Shown: piece by piece, positions 12,191-24,195 of the stretch | How positions within the stretch are numbered: position 1 is the first letter of the stretch | How the letters are laid out: each line of letters opens with the position of its first letter | Assembly: GCA_964252035.1 (NCBI GenBank) | Contig: OZ176201.1 | Direction: 5' to 3' (one strand) | DNA: 64,000 bases | Origin: Podarcis erhardii | Lineage: Eukaryota | Translations under genes and position numbers: made by a program | Notes under the pieces: generated by a model | The model's input: the letters and a program-made list of their open reading frames with translations, nothing else | Told to the model about the DNA's origin: nothing | The model's database searches: none

Positions 12191-13399
12191 CCCGAGCATT
12201 TAGATCTTACTTAATCAGGGTAGTTGTCTACTCTTGCCTTCTGGCTTTTCTCTTTGCACTCTCCCTTAGGCAGGAAAGGTGTGCTGTTATAGCTGAAAAC
12301 CTGAATTAACAAAAGTTGCTGACCGGATATTTGGCACGAAGCCTAGCTTGTGCTTTTTACAAACACCTGCCCCCATGTTCCCATGTGGTGTGTTTTTTTA
12401 GGGGGGGGGGGAGACATGGTTGCTGTTGTTGTGTTTATGATTTGTCAGTACAATTCTGAGTGCCTAATCAGTATACTACTACCAACCTGAGCCTTCCCAT
12501 GTTTGTGCACAGGAGAAGTACTGTCACAGACTTGAAGTAGCCCAAATATACAAAAAAAATCTGAGGGGATGACTAAACAGCCCAGTAATAAGTCAGTAGC
12601 ACAGAATGTTGAAAGACTGAGAGAGAGGGGGAAATTGAGAAAAGAAGAGTGAGGAATAGATTACCTATTTATTAAGCATTCACCCTGATTTGCTCATATA
12701 AAACTGACACAGCAGTAAATCTGGTTTTTACTGAGCATTCATTCTGATTTGTTTGTGGTGCAGTTATACAACAATGAACATTTATCCTGCATTTAACCTG
12801 ACTGCTTGAGGGATTTCTCTGTCATTTGAAACCTAAGCGCCAGACTGGTTTGATAGTGCTCTCATCAGAAGCATTCTTTATGGTCGGTCATAATGGAAAC
12901 CTGCAGTGTACCTACTACTCCAACAGCTTTCTGGTTCTGCAGAAGACCTCTGGACTCTTCTCTTTTTTTTCCAATGATCCATTTTAGGCAACTAGACAAG
13001 TCTGCACATTAGAGAGTAGCAGGGAAGTTTCTCCAAGATGAGGAACCAGAAAGAAATCAACCCTTGTACACATGACTCCACCCCCCCCCCCAGCCAAGCG
13101 AATGGAAAGCGATCTGATGTAAAGTATTCCTTTAAAACAGAAATAATGGACAGACAAGATCCTAGTAATTATCTAAATTGTACATTCACTTGGTGGATAA
13201 AAGATGTAGGCCACAAATAATATCTGAAAGACCATTATGCAGTCATAAACTGTGCCTGGGGGAAATCCGGGTGTATGGCAACCCATGTCGCTCAACAGCT
13301 TTCCCAAACTTTGTTCAGATTTTCACTTTTTGAAATATGGCAACCCCACCCCTTCCAGCCCTACAGACCCTTTAAGATATGCAGAAGGGGCTCTCATGG

Positions 13400-13510
13400 G
13401 AGTTCAGTCACTCTCAGAAGGGCAGAATATATGGCCTGGGAGAGGGCTTTCACTGTGGCATCCCCTAAATTGTGGCACTCCTTTCCCACAGAGGTATGTC
13501 TAGCACCTTC
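13400..13510 (+). mobile_element. L2 LINE 3' fragment
   Basis: Encodes RAFTVASPKLWHSFP, similar to the L2 ORF2 C-terminal motif FSVAAPxLWNSLP. Confidence 0.6.
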
Positions 13511-13653
13511 ATTGTGTAGCTTTCACTGCACCTCTTTACCCTGGTCTTTGACATTGAAGATATTTTGTTTTGTGGGACACACCACTTTTGCTGAATTTAT
13601 ATTGTTCTGTTCTGTTGGAATGGGTTTTCTTGTTTTTATAATTGTAACAAATA

Positions 13654-13879
13654 CAGTCATACCTCGGGTTAAAGACGCTTCAGGTTAAATCTTTTCAGGT
13701 TGCGTCCTGCGGCGACCCAGAAGTACCGTAAAGGGTTACTTCCGGGTTTCGCAGACGCTGAAAATGACGTCATGCGCAGAAGCAACGAATCGCGACCCCC
13801 CGCAGACGCGGGATGCATTCTGCTCAGGATGCGAACGGGGCTCTGGAACGGATCCTGTTTGCATCCAGAGGTACCACTG
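13654..13879. mobile_element. MITE with the same TIR family but a different, CpG-rich interior
   Basis: TA|CAGTCATACCTCGGGTT...CCAGAGGTACCACTG. Confidence 0.75.
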
Positions 13880-13996
13880 AATTGTTCTACCTCTACCCCA
13901 CCTCCCACGAAACTATGGTGAAGGATGGGTAAGAAATATTAGAAAAAATTGAAAAACAAATAAACAAATGATACTTTCACTTGTTAGTGGATGATA

Positions 13997-14344
13997 AAAG
14001 GTAAAGAGACCCCTGACCATTAGTTCCAGTCATGGCCGACTCTGGGGTTGCGGCGCTCATCTCACTTTATTGGCGAAGGGAGCCGGCGTACAGCTTCCAG
14101 GTCATGTGGCCAGCATGACTAAGCCGCTTCTGGCGAATCAGACCAGCACATGGAAATGCCGTTTACCTTCCCACCAGAGCGGTACCTATTTATCTACTTG
14201 CACTTCATGCTTTTGAACTGCAGGGTTGGCAGGAGCAGGGACTGAGCAACGGGAGCTTACCCCGTCGCGGGGATTCAAACCGCCGACCTTCTGATCGGCA
14301 AGTCCTAGGCTCTGTGGTTTAACCCACAGCACCACCCGCATCCC
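13997..14344 (-). mobile_element. Sauria SINE, near full length
   Basis: Same consensus as 11860; 10-bp TSD gtggatgata at 13987-13996 and 14347-14356. Confidence 0.95.
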
Positions 14345-15160
14345 TTGTGGATGATATAAGCCCTTAATTAAATGGAAGTTAGTTTGCTTCATTAGATTTT
14401 CAGTGATGTGATCTGATATTCTCCAAAGAACGCCACAGCAATGCCACATCTAGCTGGTTTCTTTCAGCAAAAAAGTAATTGGTGGGCTCCAGCCAAACAC
14501 CAGTGTCAGAACTTTTCTTCACAAGCAACTTATTACATAATAAATGCACATTGTTGTTGTTTATTCATTGCACACAGGTCCACATCTCTTCCCTCTAGTC
14601 TGTGTTTTTCCATCATGGAATGTCATATTATCCCAGCAATTGAAACACAATATTTTGCAAAGCCTCCCTTCAGATAGAACATTAATTCCTAGCATGATTG
14701 CTCTGTCGCTGTGCAAATGCTGCAGGCCTCTGTTGGGTCGTAGTATTTGTGATGCTTAGAATGACAGATACTAACTCGTCTTTCTCCATGCCTGCATTAT
14801 TTTTATTTTATTATGTATTTGCAAGAAGGCTTGTAAACATATTGCACAAAGGCTTTAAGAAGGGCCTTGAGGAAGTTCTTGAGTTTCATATCAAAGTTAT
14901 TTTGGCATTCAAAGTACCCAGGGACCAGATCTGCAACTCAGCCATTCAGAGCTGCAGTGTGCCATTGATATGCTTATGTTTAATTTCCTCCTTTCTGTCA
15001 AATCGTGAGTTAACTTGAGGTCAGGACACTGTGAAGCACAGATACCTGTTGTAACTGGTGGCAAAATTGCAGTGACTGGTGGAATCAATAGCTATGGCTT
15101 CCAGCCAGATTGCCATAAGCCCATTCCATCTTATTGCCTAGCCAGGAGCTGTTCAGAGTA

Positions 15161-15383
15161 CAGTGGTACCTCAGGTTACATACGCTTCAGGTTACAGACT
15201 CCGCTAACCCAGAAATAGTGCTTCAGGTTAAGAACTTTGCTTCAGGATGAGAACAGAAATCGTGCTCCGGCGGCACAGCAGCAGCAGGAGGCCCCATTAG
15301 CTAAAGTGGTGCTTCAGGTTGAGAAGTTTCATGTTAAGTACAGACCTCCGGAACGAATTAAGTACTAAACCGAGGTACCACTG
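15161..15383. mobile_element. Tc1/mariner-pogo-type MITE, opposite orientation to 3314
   Basis: TA|CAGTGGTACCTCAGGTT...AACCGAGGTACCACTG|TA. Confidence 0.92.
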
Positions 15384-16629
15384 TACTCCAGCATCAGTTG
15401 GTTGCATGGCAGCTGTGTGTATCTGGGGTTTGCAAGGACTTTTGCCCCTTGTGGTGGCATGGAAGGGGAGTCACACCTCTGCACAGTTTATCTGTGCATT
15501 GCACCCTAATTACCTCTCTAAGGTGCATTTACATTTAGATAAAGGGCTTGTGTTTACAGCAGTTTACAAGAAGTAACCAAAGGCATAAACCTATATTTTA
15601 ATAATTGTAGAAATATCATACTTTCCTTATCTTAAGCTTTGGCATATAACATCCATAGTCTTGTCCCTGCCTGTATGGCTTTGTTGTATTTTATTGGATT
15701 TCGGTTTTTTGGGTTTTTTTTACCATTTAGTTGTTTACTGTTTGTAAGCCCCTTGAAGTAGTGGGTTAGAAGTTACCTTTGAATTAGGAATAGTGCAACT
15801 GCCCAACTGAAATGTAGCTGGAAGCACACTTTGATTGGTCTTCTGGATAAATCAGAAGTGATGTTGTCAACTGCTTGCCCCTTATGCTAGGGATGGTTAA
15901 GTGGTCATATTCACTGCTGAGTGAAACATTGAGTAGCGTGACCCCCCATCCAGTGGTGGATCCTACTCAGAGTAGGCTCATTGGAATTAATGGACCTAAG
16001 TTAGTCATGGTCATTAATTTCATGGTGTCTACTCTGAATAGTACTAGCATTGGATAAAACCCAATGAGTTTATATTTCAGGCTGAAGTTACTGTTGTGGA
16101 ATCATCCTGTTAAATACAAGCAGAGATTCCCCATTAGGGAGACAGATAAATTTTGTGCCTGCTCGTGCTATTTATTTCTGAGGCTCATAATTCTGAATTA
16201 AGTCTTCCTGGTCCAAATGTGCCATGCTTTGATTGGATAGAACATTACCTGCACATTTTCCTTTTAAGTAAGCCAATTGCCAAGAGCCTTGTCTTTATAC
16301 CTTTACACCAGATCTTCTTGTGGCCTGTTTTGTTTAGTTTTAAAAAACAGCACACCAGACAATCTGGACTCAGGAAAAGATAACCCATGTTACTAATTAA
16401 CTCATTTTTTTGCATTTAGCTCCATCGTATTTTTGGACACAGTCACGTGTATTTAGGTGAATAGAGTTCCCCAAAAGGGCAGTACACAGGGCCCCACAGA
16501 CCAGAAATATTTCACTGAATCCATTACAGAGCTTTTCTATTGCCTAAACATGGCTCTTTTTTCTTTTACACAATAAACTGAGTTAGTGAATGTCAAATGA
16601 CATACATGGGTTTGTGAACTGCCCTTTTT

Positions 16630-16630
16630 T

Positions 16631-16676
<46 letters not shown>
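16630..16676. repeat. (TTTC)n microsatellite
   Basis: About 11 tandem units. Confidence 0.95.
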
Positions 16677-16677
<1 letters not shown>

Positions 16678-17874
16678 ACAACATTTGTTAAAAATGTGTT
16701 TGTGCTGGTGACATGTCCAGTACTATACATTTGAAGTGTATCCCATTTCTATGACCCCATTTTTGAGACTGTAGTTTTCTAGGTTATCTATAATTGCTTG
16801 TGCTGTTGCTGGCTATATAAATATAGTATTTATCACATTTGAAGTCACGACACCTTTTTCCTGATAACTAATAAAATTGTTTTACTTGCAGCGTAATACT
16901 TTACTTTTCCTCGTGATTTACGGAAAAGGGTTTTTTTCATTAAGGCTAAATCTCTTGGAATGAATGGCATATTGTCAGATTGCACTTGAGGAAAGCCATT
17001 GCGGGGGGGGGGGGCGGGGCGGGGAAATGTCCTGCAGAATTTATAAAAGCTTGGGGGGGAAAGAGTGGGTGCCAAATGACTACTCTGAGTCCTTAATCTA
17101 TCGTCTCCTCTACTTTTATACGTAAAAAGGAAAAGACAGAATGCAGCCGCTATAGAGGCATTTTGTTATTACTAACAGCAACAAATGATATAGTGCAGCA
17201 GCAGATTCCCTTAAAGAAGATCATGCTGATATGCCCAGCAAATGATAGATTAGGCCGAACTAGATGTGACAGCAGCCGTTCTGTACTTTTAAACCTGGAA
17301 CGGCTTCAGTCACATAGAAACAGGGGGTCTAGTCTTAAAAGGAGAAGGAGCAAGTGGCTGAAAGAGCTGTGGCTTCTCTCCTCAAACACTTTTCTCTTAG
17401 CGAGGGCAACTTCTAATGCTGGAAATTCTGCTGGGAGAAAAGTTTCCAAAGGAACAGTGCAGGGTGGTAAGCTCTGTGTTTTGGTGGGGTGAGGATTCAG
17501 CAGTGTTCATTCATTCCCCCTCTCTTCATTGCTTTTAAAACCAGATTCTCCCTCCCACCCCTCTTTCCATGCCATTGGGCCTGTCCTGTATTCAGACACA
17601 CAAAATTGTTGATGTCATCTAGTTTGATCTTCTGGGGTAGTTTTCCAAAGTCCCTGTTAGGCTTGGATGTGATCTCTCTGTTGCCATCCGCTCTGATATT
17701 TTATAATGTGAACAGTTTATAAATCTTTTAAAATAATAAAATATATCTTATGGAAGAAGGACAGTAAGGCCAATTCTTTGGAGCATTTAACCAGTGTTTT
17801 CCATTTTATGCTCTTAACATATGTTATCCAAATATTTATTTATTTTTTATGTTCAAGGCATAGTAATTCATGTA

Positions 17875-18116
17875 CAGTGGTACCTCGAGTTAAGTACTTA
17901 ATTCATTCCGGAGGTCCGTTCTTAACCTGAAACTTTACTTAACCTGAAGCACCACTTTAGCTAATGGGGCCTCCCACTGCTGCTGCGCCGCCGGAGCATG
18001 ATTTCTGTTCTCATCCTGAAGCAAAGCTCTTAACCCGAGGTATTATTTCTGGGTTAGTGGAGTCTGTAACCTGAGGTGTATGTAACCTGAAGCGTATGTA
18101 ACCCGAGGTACCACTG
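17875..18116. mobile_element. Tc1/mariner-pogo-type MITE
   Basis: TA|CAGTGGTACCTCGAGTT...AACCCGAGGTACCACTG|TA. Confidence 0.92.
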
Positions 18117-18235
18117 TATCTTCATGTAATATGGTAATTCATGTCCAATGTGCTTTCCATAAACCTCAATCCTGATCCTTCATATATCAGTATTAAAGTT
18201 GGCTTTAGTAATTTTATTTTCAAAAAATATGCCTA

Positions 18236-18310
18236 AGAATCATAAAATTGTAGAATTGTGGAGTTGGAAAGGGACTCTAGGGTCATCTAGTCCAACCCCC
18301 TGCAATGCAG
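18236..18310 (-). mobile_element. CR1 LINE extreme 3' end
   Basis: aagaatcataaaattgtagaattgtggagttggaaagggactctagggtcatctagtccaacccc is the reverse complement of a CR1 tail. Confidence 0.75.
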
Positions 18311-18743
18311 TGCAGGCTGTTTTTCTTGGTTAGAGGAAGGTAAACTTGGAATTGTTTGATGCGTTAGTGTCTTTTGAAAAGAATATAAGGATTACCAATT
18401 ATTTTCTTTAGCAACACAGCTCTGGATCTTATGAACAGCTCAAGACTATGAACCTGATGTAGGCCTGGCAGGGTGGTTTGTGCTAAGCATCAGAGCAGAC
18501 TAGAGGAGAGGTCAGTTGGAGGACTGTAGCTGTTACATGGTTCACAAAAAACAGTAAAGCATACACCAATATAATGGCAGATAAGATGGCAGATAAGTAG
18601 CACTTCTGCATCATTTTAAAAACTCGATTGCTATATCTATTCTTCCATTGAAAAAACGGATCAGATTGTACTATTTAGATTATGAGGATGCTTTCTAGCT
18701 TTGAAACTGTGGCTGTGATTAAAGGGAAAATCTGCTGCCTGCG

Positions 18744-18745
<2 letters not shown>

Positions 18746-18774
<29 letters not shown>
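18746..18774. repeat. (TG)n microsatellite
   Basis: About 14 units. Confidence 0.95.
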
Positions 18775-18776
<2 letters not shown>

Positions 18777-21086
18777 GTTTTTCTAAAAACCCACGACTCC
18801 CATTCTTGAATATTCAGAAGCAAAGTTTATTTTGGATTACCAGAGAGGTTAAAATGTTCGCCTCTAAGATCAAGACATTAAATTCCCTCATCTCTTGCTG
18901 TTTCCAAGAAATGAGGTCTTGCAGCACCGAGTACAGTTTTGTGCTCATCAGTAAGAAGATAAATCGTTCTGTTTTTCCTCTAAAGGAGATGGTTTCTAAA
19001 AATAGAAATTCTAGAGCTCTCATGAACAAAAGAATTCCTAAGATCCACCTCTGCCATTGTCCTTCTCTCTTTATCTGTACTTCTACTGCTTTTTCCTTAA
19101 CAGCTCCATATTTTTAATACTTCAAAATTTGTCCCTTTATAAAGATTGCAGTTCTCTCCAGCTTCTTTTCTCCCTTTCAAGTGAAACTAGCCTACTTGGT
19201 ATCTTTTTCCCCTGAACAAACAGGACCCTGCTGTTTGTCCACCAACATATTAATTTCATTTTTTTGCTGTCTTGCAAAACACTCTTAAAAAATGTGAAGA
19301 ACTTTTGGGCAGGCAGTGTTCTAAAACTTCAGAGGTGTTATCTCTTTTGGCCTGGATTTCCATCAGGTTTGTAACAGAAATCTGGAGATACTCCATGTCT
19401 TGGCTTGAAGATGGTGTATAATAGAGTCTTTCATTCTCTTTCATGGACGTATTTAAGCAGAGGCTGTTTGGAAAAGATACACTTCCATCCAAGCTACGGC
19501 ATGGCTGTGCATCTTGAATCAAAGTCTGACAGTGAAGATAAATATGCACATTTGTTGCACGCATGTCCTGCTCGTGGGTTTCCCATGGACACCTGGTTGG
19601 TCACAGCAAGAAAAGAATGCTGAACTAGCTAGGCTTTCAATGTGGTCCAAAAGAACTCTTCGTATGTCCTCAGACTAGTGGGAGAGCACTAGATCTGTTC
19701 AGTCCAAACATAACCGTTTCTCCTGGGACAGGTTTTGGAAAAGTGTTCCATTCTGCAGTTGTTCAAAGTATTTCCATTTAAGTGTGGGAGATTCATCTCT
19801 GAATGCCACTGATTGCCTTGTACACACCTCCTTTCCAATTCTCAGATTAGTTTTGCTATTGGTTTAGGGTTTTTTTTAAATCTTTGATCTCTGTTTTATC
19901 TGTATGTGCAGCTTCCTCTTTTTTTAAGTGAATAGCCCACATGAAGCATAACTGGGAAGGTTGAACTTTCTGTTTGACTTGCTGTTATGTAAGTCTACCA
20001 GGCAAGCTGAGAAGCTGGCCTGAAGGCAAACTCACACTGATAAAATGCTATATCTCTCTTTGGCCTGGATTGGCACGGGCAACTTTTCCTTCCTAGGATC
20101 ATTGCAAGTGACTATCACATTGAATTGTAAAGCTTGCCTACCGTTAGTACGAAATACAAAACCTGCTGTTTTATTTTCTTCTCTTTCATGTTCATTGCAC
20201 TACAAATGTAAACAATGCCTGATATAACCGGGATGCTATTGCGTTTCGAGTCCGTGAAGGCATTCAGGTGCAGGAAGGAATGTACAAAGACTCAGTCACA
20301 AAAATGGACGGCGCAGATTCAGGCTTTTTCAGTTTCAGCCTGATACTCCTGTCCTGTCCTGTGCTCTCCAGTAGCGCTTGGTTGACCCTGTAAGCTCTGG
20401 CATTTTGCCAAATGTGCCTCTTCCCTTTAGAGCCACATATTAACAATAATTTTATTTGTAGCAATGTATGTCAGCAAGATGCCACCATTCCTTCCACCTG
20501 CCGGTACTCTCAAAACTGTAGCAATTGCCTCAGCAAAAACCTCTGCTGAGTTATGGCCAAACTCCCAACTCTTTTTCTCCGCAGCACTTGATCCCTGTCA
20601 AAATAAATAACAGCGTCAGAGAGCAACTTTTCTTAGAATTACAGCAGGGGTAGAAAGGGTTAAACTCCCAATCTGTGATCCCAGTAACCCCCACCCCATG
20701 CTATTTGTTGAAAAACAAAACATAGCCCTGTCCATTAAATGTGAAACACATATTCAACACCATGTGTAGTTTGGGCCTTAGTGTTATAACCCTAGTGCTT
20801 CTGAGTTCTGCATTTATTAAATTGGTTCTGTTTTCAGTATCATCTCCATTTTATTTGACTAACATCCAGGTATTGTTAAATTCTTATCATCAGCTGAAAG
20901 TTAGTGAAAACCCTGTTGCTCCACCATTTGGGGACAAAATGGGTATGAAATATACATGCCAAGTTCGGTTCTTGAATCATGTTAAAACCACCTTTAGTTA
21001 GTACAGTATATGACTTCTGTAGTTCCTCTCCCTAAGCCATTTTATAAGCAGTCAGGTTCTGGCAAGGAAAGGACTCTTTGAGCAAA

Positions 21087-21273
21087 GAGCCATAGCTCAG
21101 CAATAGAGCATCTGATTTACACGGTGAAGTTTCCAGGTTCAGCCCCTGGCACCTCCAAGTAAGGCTGGAAGAGACTCCTGCCTGAAATCCAGGAGAGCTG
21201 TTGCCAGTTAGTGTAGACAATAATAGGCTAAACAGACCAATGGTATGACTTGGTATAAAGCGCCATCCTATGC
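21087..21273 (+). mobile_element. tRNA-derived SINE (Anolis SINE2/Squam2-like)
   Basis: A-box-like catagctcagcaatagagc and B-box-like ggttcagcccct, then cctgaaa...ggagagctgttgccag...gtagacaat. A partial antisense relative lies at about 51985-52110. Confidence 0.65.
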
Positions 21274-22208
21274 ACTGTGGCTTCAGCAACACACAGTTTC
21301 CCACTGCAGACCATCTTGCTGGGAATTTTGTAGAATTAAACCAGATTACATTGCACTTTGGCATAGAATTGGGTCCTAGAGCTGTGTATGGATTCTAACA
21401 AAAGAAAGGGTTCAGTGGAAGCTTTGGCAGACATTGGTGGCTGCTTCCTTTTGCCAACGTAACAGAAGATTGGGATGAATCAAGCCTGCATTCCACACAG
21501 AACTGGAAGTGCCTGAGTGTGGGCATTCATTGCAGATCTAGCAGGTCAAGATATACTATCATAATGTGAGCTTTCGCACACCCTCCATGTGTTACGAGCT
21601 GTAAGCAGGGCTTTGTGTCTCTCACACCCACTCCTGTTTTCTGCACAAAAGAAAGCCAACTTTCCAGTGTGGAAACACAAATTTCCAGTGTGGTGGTCCA
21701 GTCTGGCTCAAGAGGTGGTTGGTGGGTTGGTGGGTAGGGTGACTTTAACTGTTTGTCCACAGCTATGATACTGATTCAGATCTGGCCATCTGCACCAGCA
21801 GTTTGGGGGGGGGGAGAGACTCCCTTTTGCTTCAGTTGAAATTATCTCACTTTGCAGAGGAAGCAAATTTGTATTTTGATACTAAGGCACTAGAATGGGT
21901 GTTTTTTTTTTATACTACTTATAAGATGGATTCTTGGACATGCTTTATTTTACATCTATCTTGTTTCATTTTAAACTGCTTAACTGCTAGAATGATTATA
22001 TATCAAATTGTTGGTGCTTGGGATTAAACAGTGTGGGTTAGAAATCCCATACTAATCCAAACCCGCCCTGAGGAAGGGACACAAACTGGGTGGGTTTAGC
22101 TGCTTGGAAAGCTTTATAGCTATAACATTACATGTTTTGTAAAGTACACTTGAAGCCCCAGCATGCTGCACAAGTCACTCATATGATGCTGCCTTTTCTG
22201 TCTTGCAG

Positions 22209-22269
22209 ATGAGCCCAATCCTTCTCCTTGTGCTGTTGTCTCAAACACAACTCGCAAGAAGGAAGCCTG
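22209..22269 (+). CDS. WIZ: WIZ 61-nt exon (D)EPNPSPCAVVSNTTRKKEA(C)
   Basis: Acceptor ccttttctgtcttgcag|at, donor cctg|gtaagt. Phase 1 to phase 2, which bridges the phase-1 exon at 1973 to the phase-2 start of the large exon; human WIZ has a similarly placed short exon (recalled). Confidence 0.8.
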
Positions 22270-24195
22270 GTAAGTGTTGAAATTGCTAGAGGAAGAATTA
22301 CAGGGCTTGGCATTTTTAATCTCTGTGGGCCAGTTCCCAAGGTCTTTCATTTGTATTGCAACATCAAGCTTAGTATAATACCATTCAATATAACATGTGT
22401 GCCTTCACTCATGTAATCCTTCCTGGAAAATTTCCCTGGGTTCTCGTTTTGAAGTGGGTCATAGTCAAGTCAGAGAAGCTTGCTGTTCAGGTCATTGGAT
22501 CAATTGATAGAATATATACCTGCCACTTGATTATTGATCCTACGCTGAGCGATGAGCAGTTGGTTATAAACATAACAAACAAACAAACTTGAAAATAAAA
22601 TCTGATAAATCAGTGAGACTTGTTGCCTAGCAAAGGCACAAAAGACTGCAGTGTGAGCTCAGTCTCTAGGCCTTTATGTTGCATGAAGCTTCAACCATTC
22701 ATTATCTGATTTCTCTACTCTTCATTGTTCTATGGGCTTGGCAGAGGATATGTTGGCTCCATTAAGTGCTCTTGTTTTCTTTCCCTGCCATCTGGGATGA
22801 CCTTGGCCAAGGAAGATGTTGAAAGTACTTGCATTATGGAATTCCGATGAAGTGTATAGTTCATTTCAGACAAGTCTGTTTTTACTTTAGCCCAGAGAGA
22901 AAACAATCCAAACATAGCTTCTGCTGAAAGAAGTCAGCATCCAAAAGGCGCAAGGAGTCTAAAATGAATGAGTACAGAGATTCAATGGTGTAAATTGAAA
23001 GTACAAAAAGTAAAACGATGATGGAACAATGGCTAGGAGGTGGGACAGCTTCAGATCCATTAACCAAACATTTTTAACATCATGGTTAGCGCTGGGCATT
23101 TTCTTCCCCCTCCCCCAGAAAATGTAGAAGTGTGAGGCTCTAATCTGGATCTGGACTATGAAGCACCTCAAAAGTAGTGTTTACTGCAAGTAGTGCTTTG
23201 GGGCAGCCAGTAGCAGATGGGGAGAACAGGTTTTTTTTTTTGTCAGAAGAGGCATGGAGAAAAGAGAGTTAGAAAACAAACCTGCTGTACAGCTGCTTTT
23301 TCTAAAAAATAAAAAAAAAAGAATCTGGGAAGTGGCAAGCATGTTTAACATAACTCGTGGTTTGGCCCTGTGACTTTGCTCCAGAACCATCATGGCAAGT
23401 TTTATATCTTTTTAATGAGGTAAATGGTAGAAAACAACAGCAACAAAAAACACTGCTAATGAATATGGCTCATGACCCAATGGCAAGTACTACAGAGTCG
23501 CTTAGCAAAATTAAGGCTGTTGCCAGTGCTGGAAATGAAAGGTTTCTTTTGGATAATTGAACATTAGTAGGTTATGAAGGGACAATGTAAACTTTAGATA
23601 GCATTATCTAGTTAGAAATATATATGAAGTCCTGTCTCTTTATGATGATAAAGTGACTAAAATTGGCTCTGAGAGGTACAAAAAATTTAAATTATCACAG
23701 TCTCTGCCTTCCGGTTTAAAATATAAAGGCCATACTATGAAAAGAGAAAGATATATAATGAGGGTAAAATAGGAGAATTCAGAAAAAGCCAATTTTAATA
23801 CAAAATACTTTATGGTTACATAGTAGCCAGATAGAATAGCTACTGAGGTGAAAGTGCTAAGAGAAGGGGATCCAAATGGCAGTAGCCACCAACAGGTTGA
23901 GCTGATAGAGTAGGGCTTTGAGGTGTTGTGTTGCCTTTTGTGAAGAGGAATGATTCATCGGAGAATGTTGTTGTTTGAGTGATGGAAGTGCACAGGGAGA
24001 TGTATACAGGCATTTGAAATGTTGCATGCACACCTGTTTTCCATGCAGCAGCAAAGGGAGGGCTGTGTAGAATACATGATCTCAGCTGTGACTTAAGAGG
24101 CAATAAATAGTTCATGATTATAAATGCATATATCTTTTTAGAGCAACAATTCAATACATTTCCTGTAGCTGATTTTTGTTGACTGTTCTTTTCAG

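Noticed and set aside
18746-19117. 123-aa + strand ORF and 71-aa - strand ORF
   Set aside because: The + ORF starts in a (TG)n repeat; neither has recognisable homology or consistent splice phases.
21087-21160. tRNA-like A and B boxes
   Set aside because: This is the head of a SINE with no complete cloverleaf; no true tRNA, rRNA or CRISPR array was found in the window.
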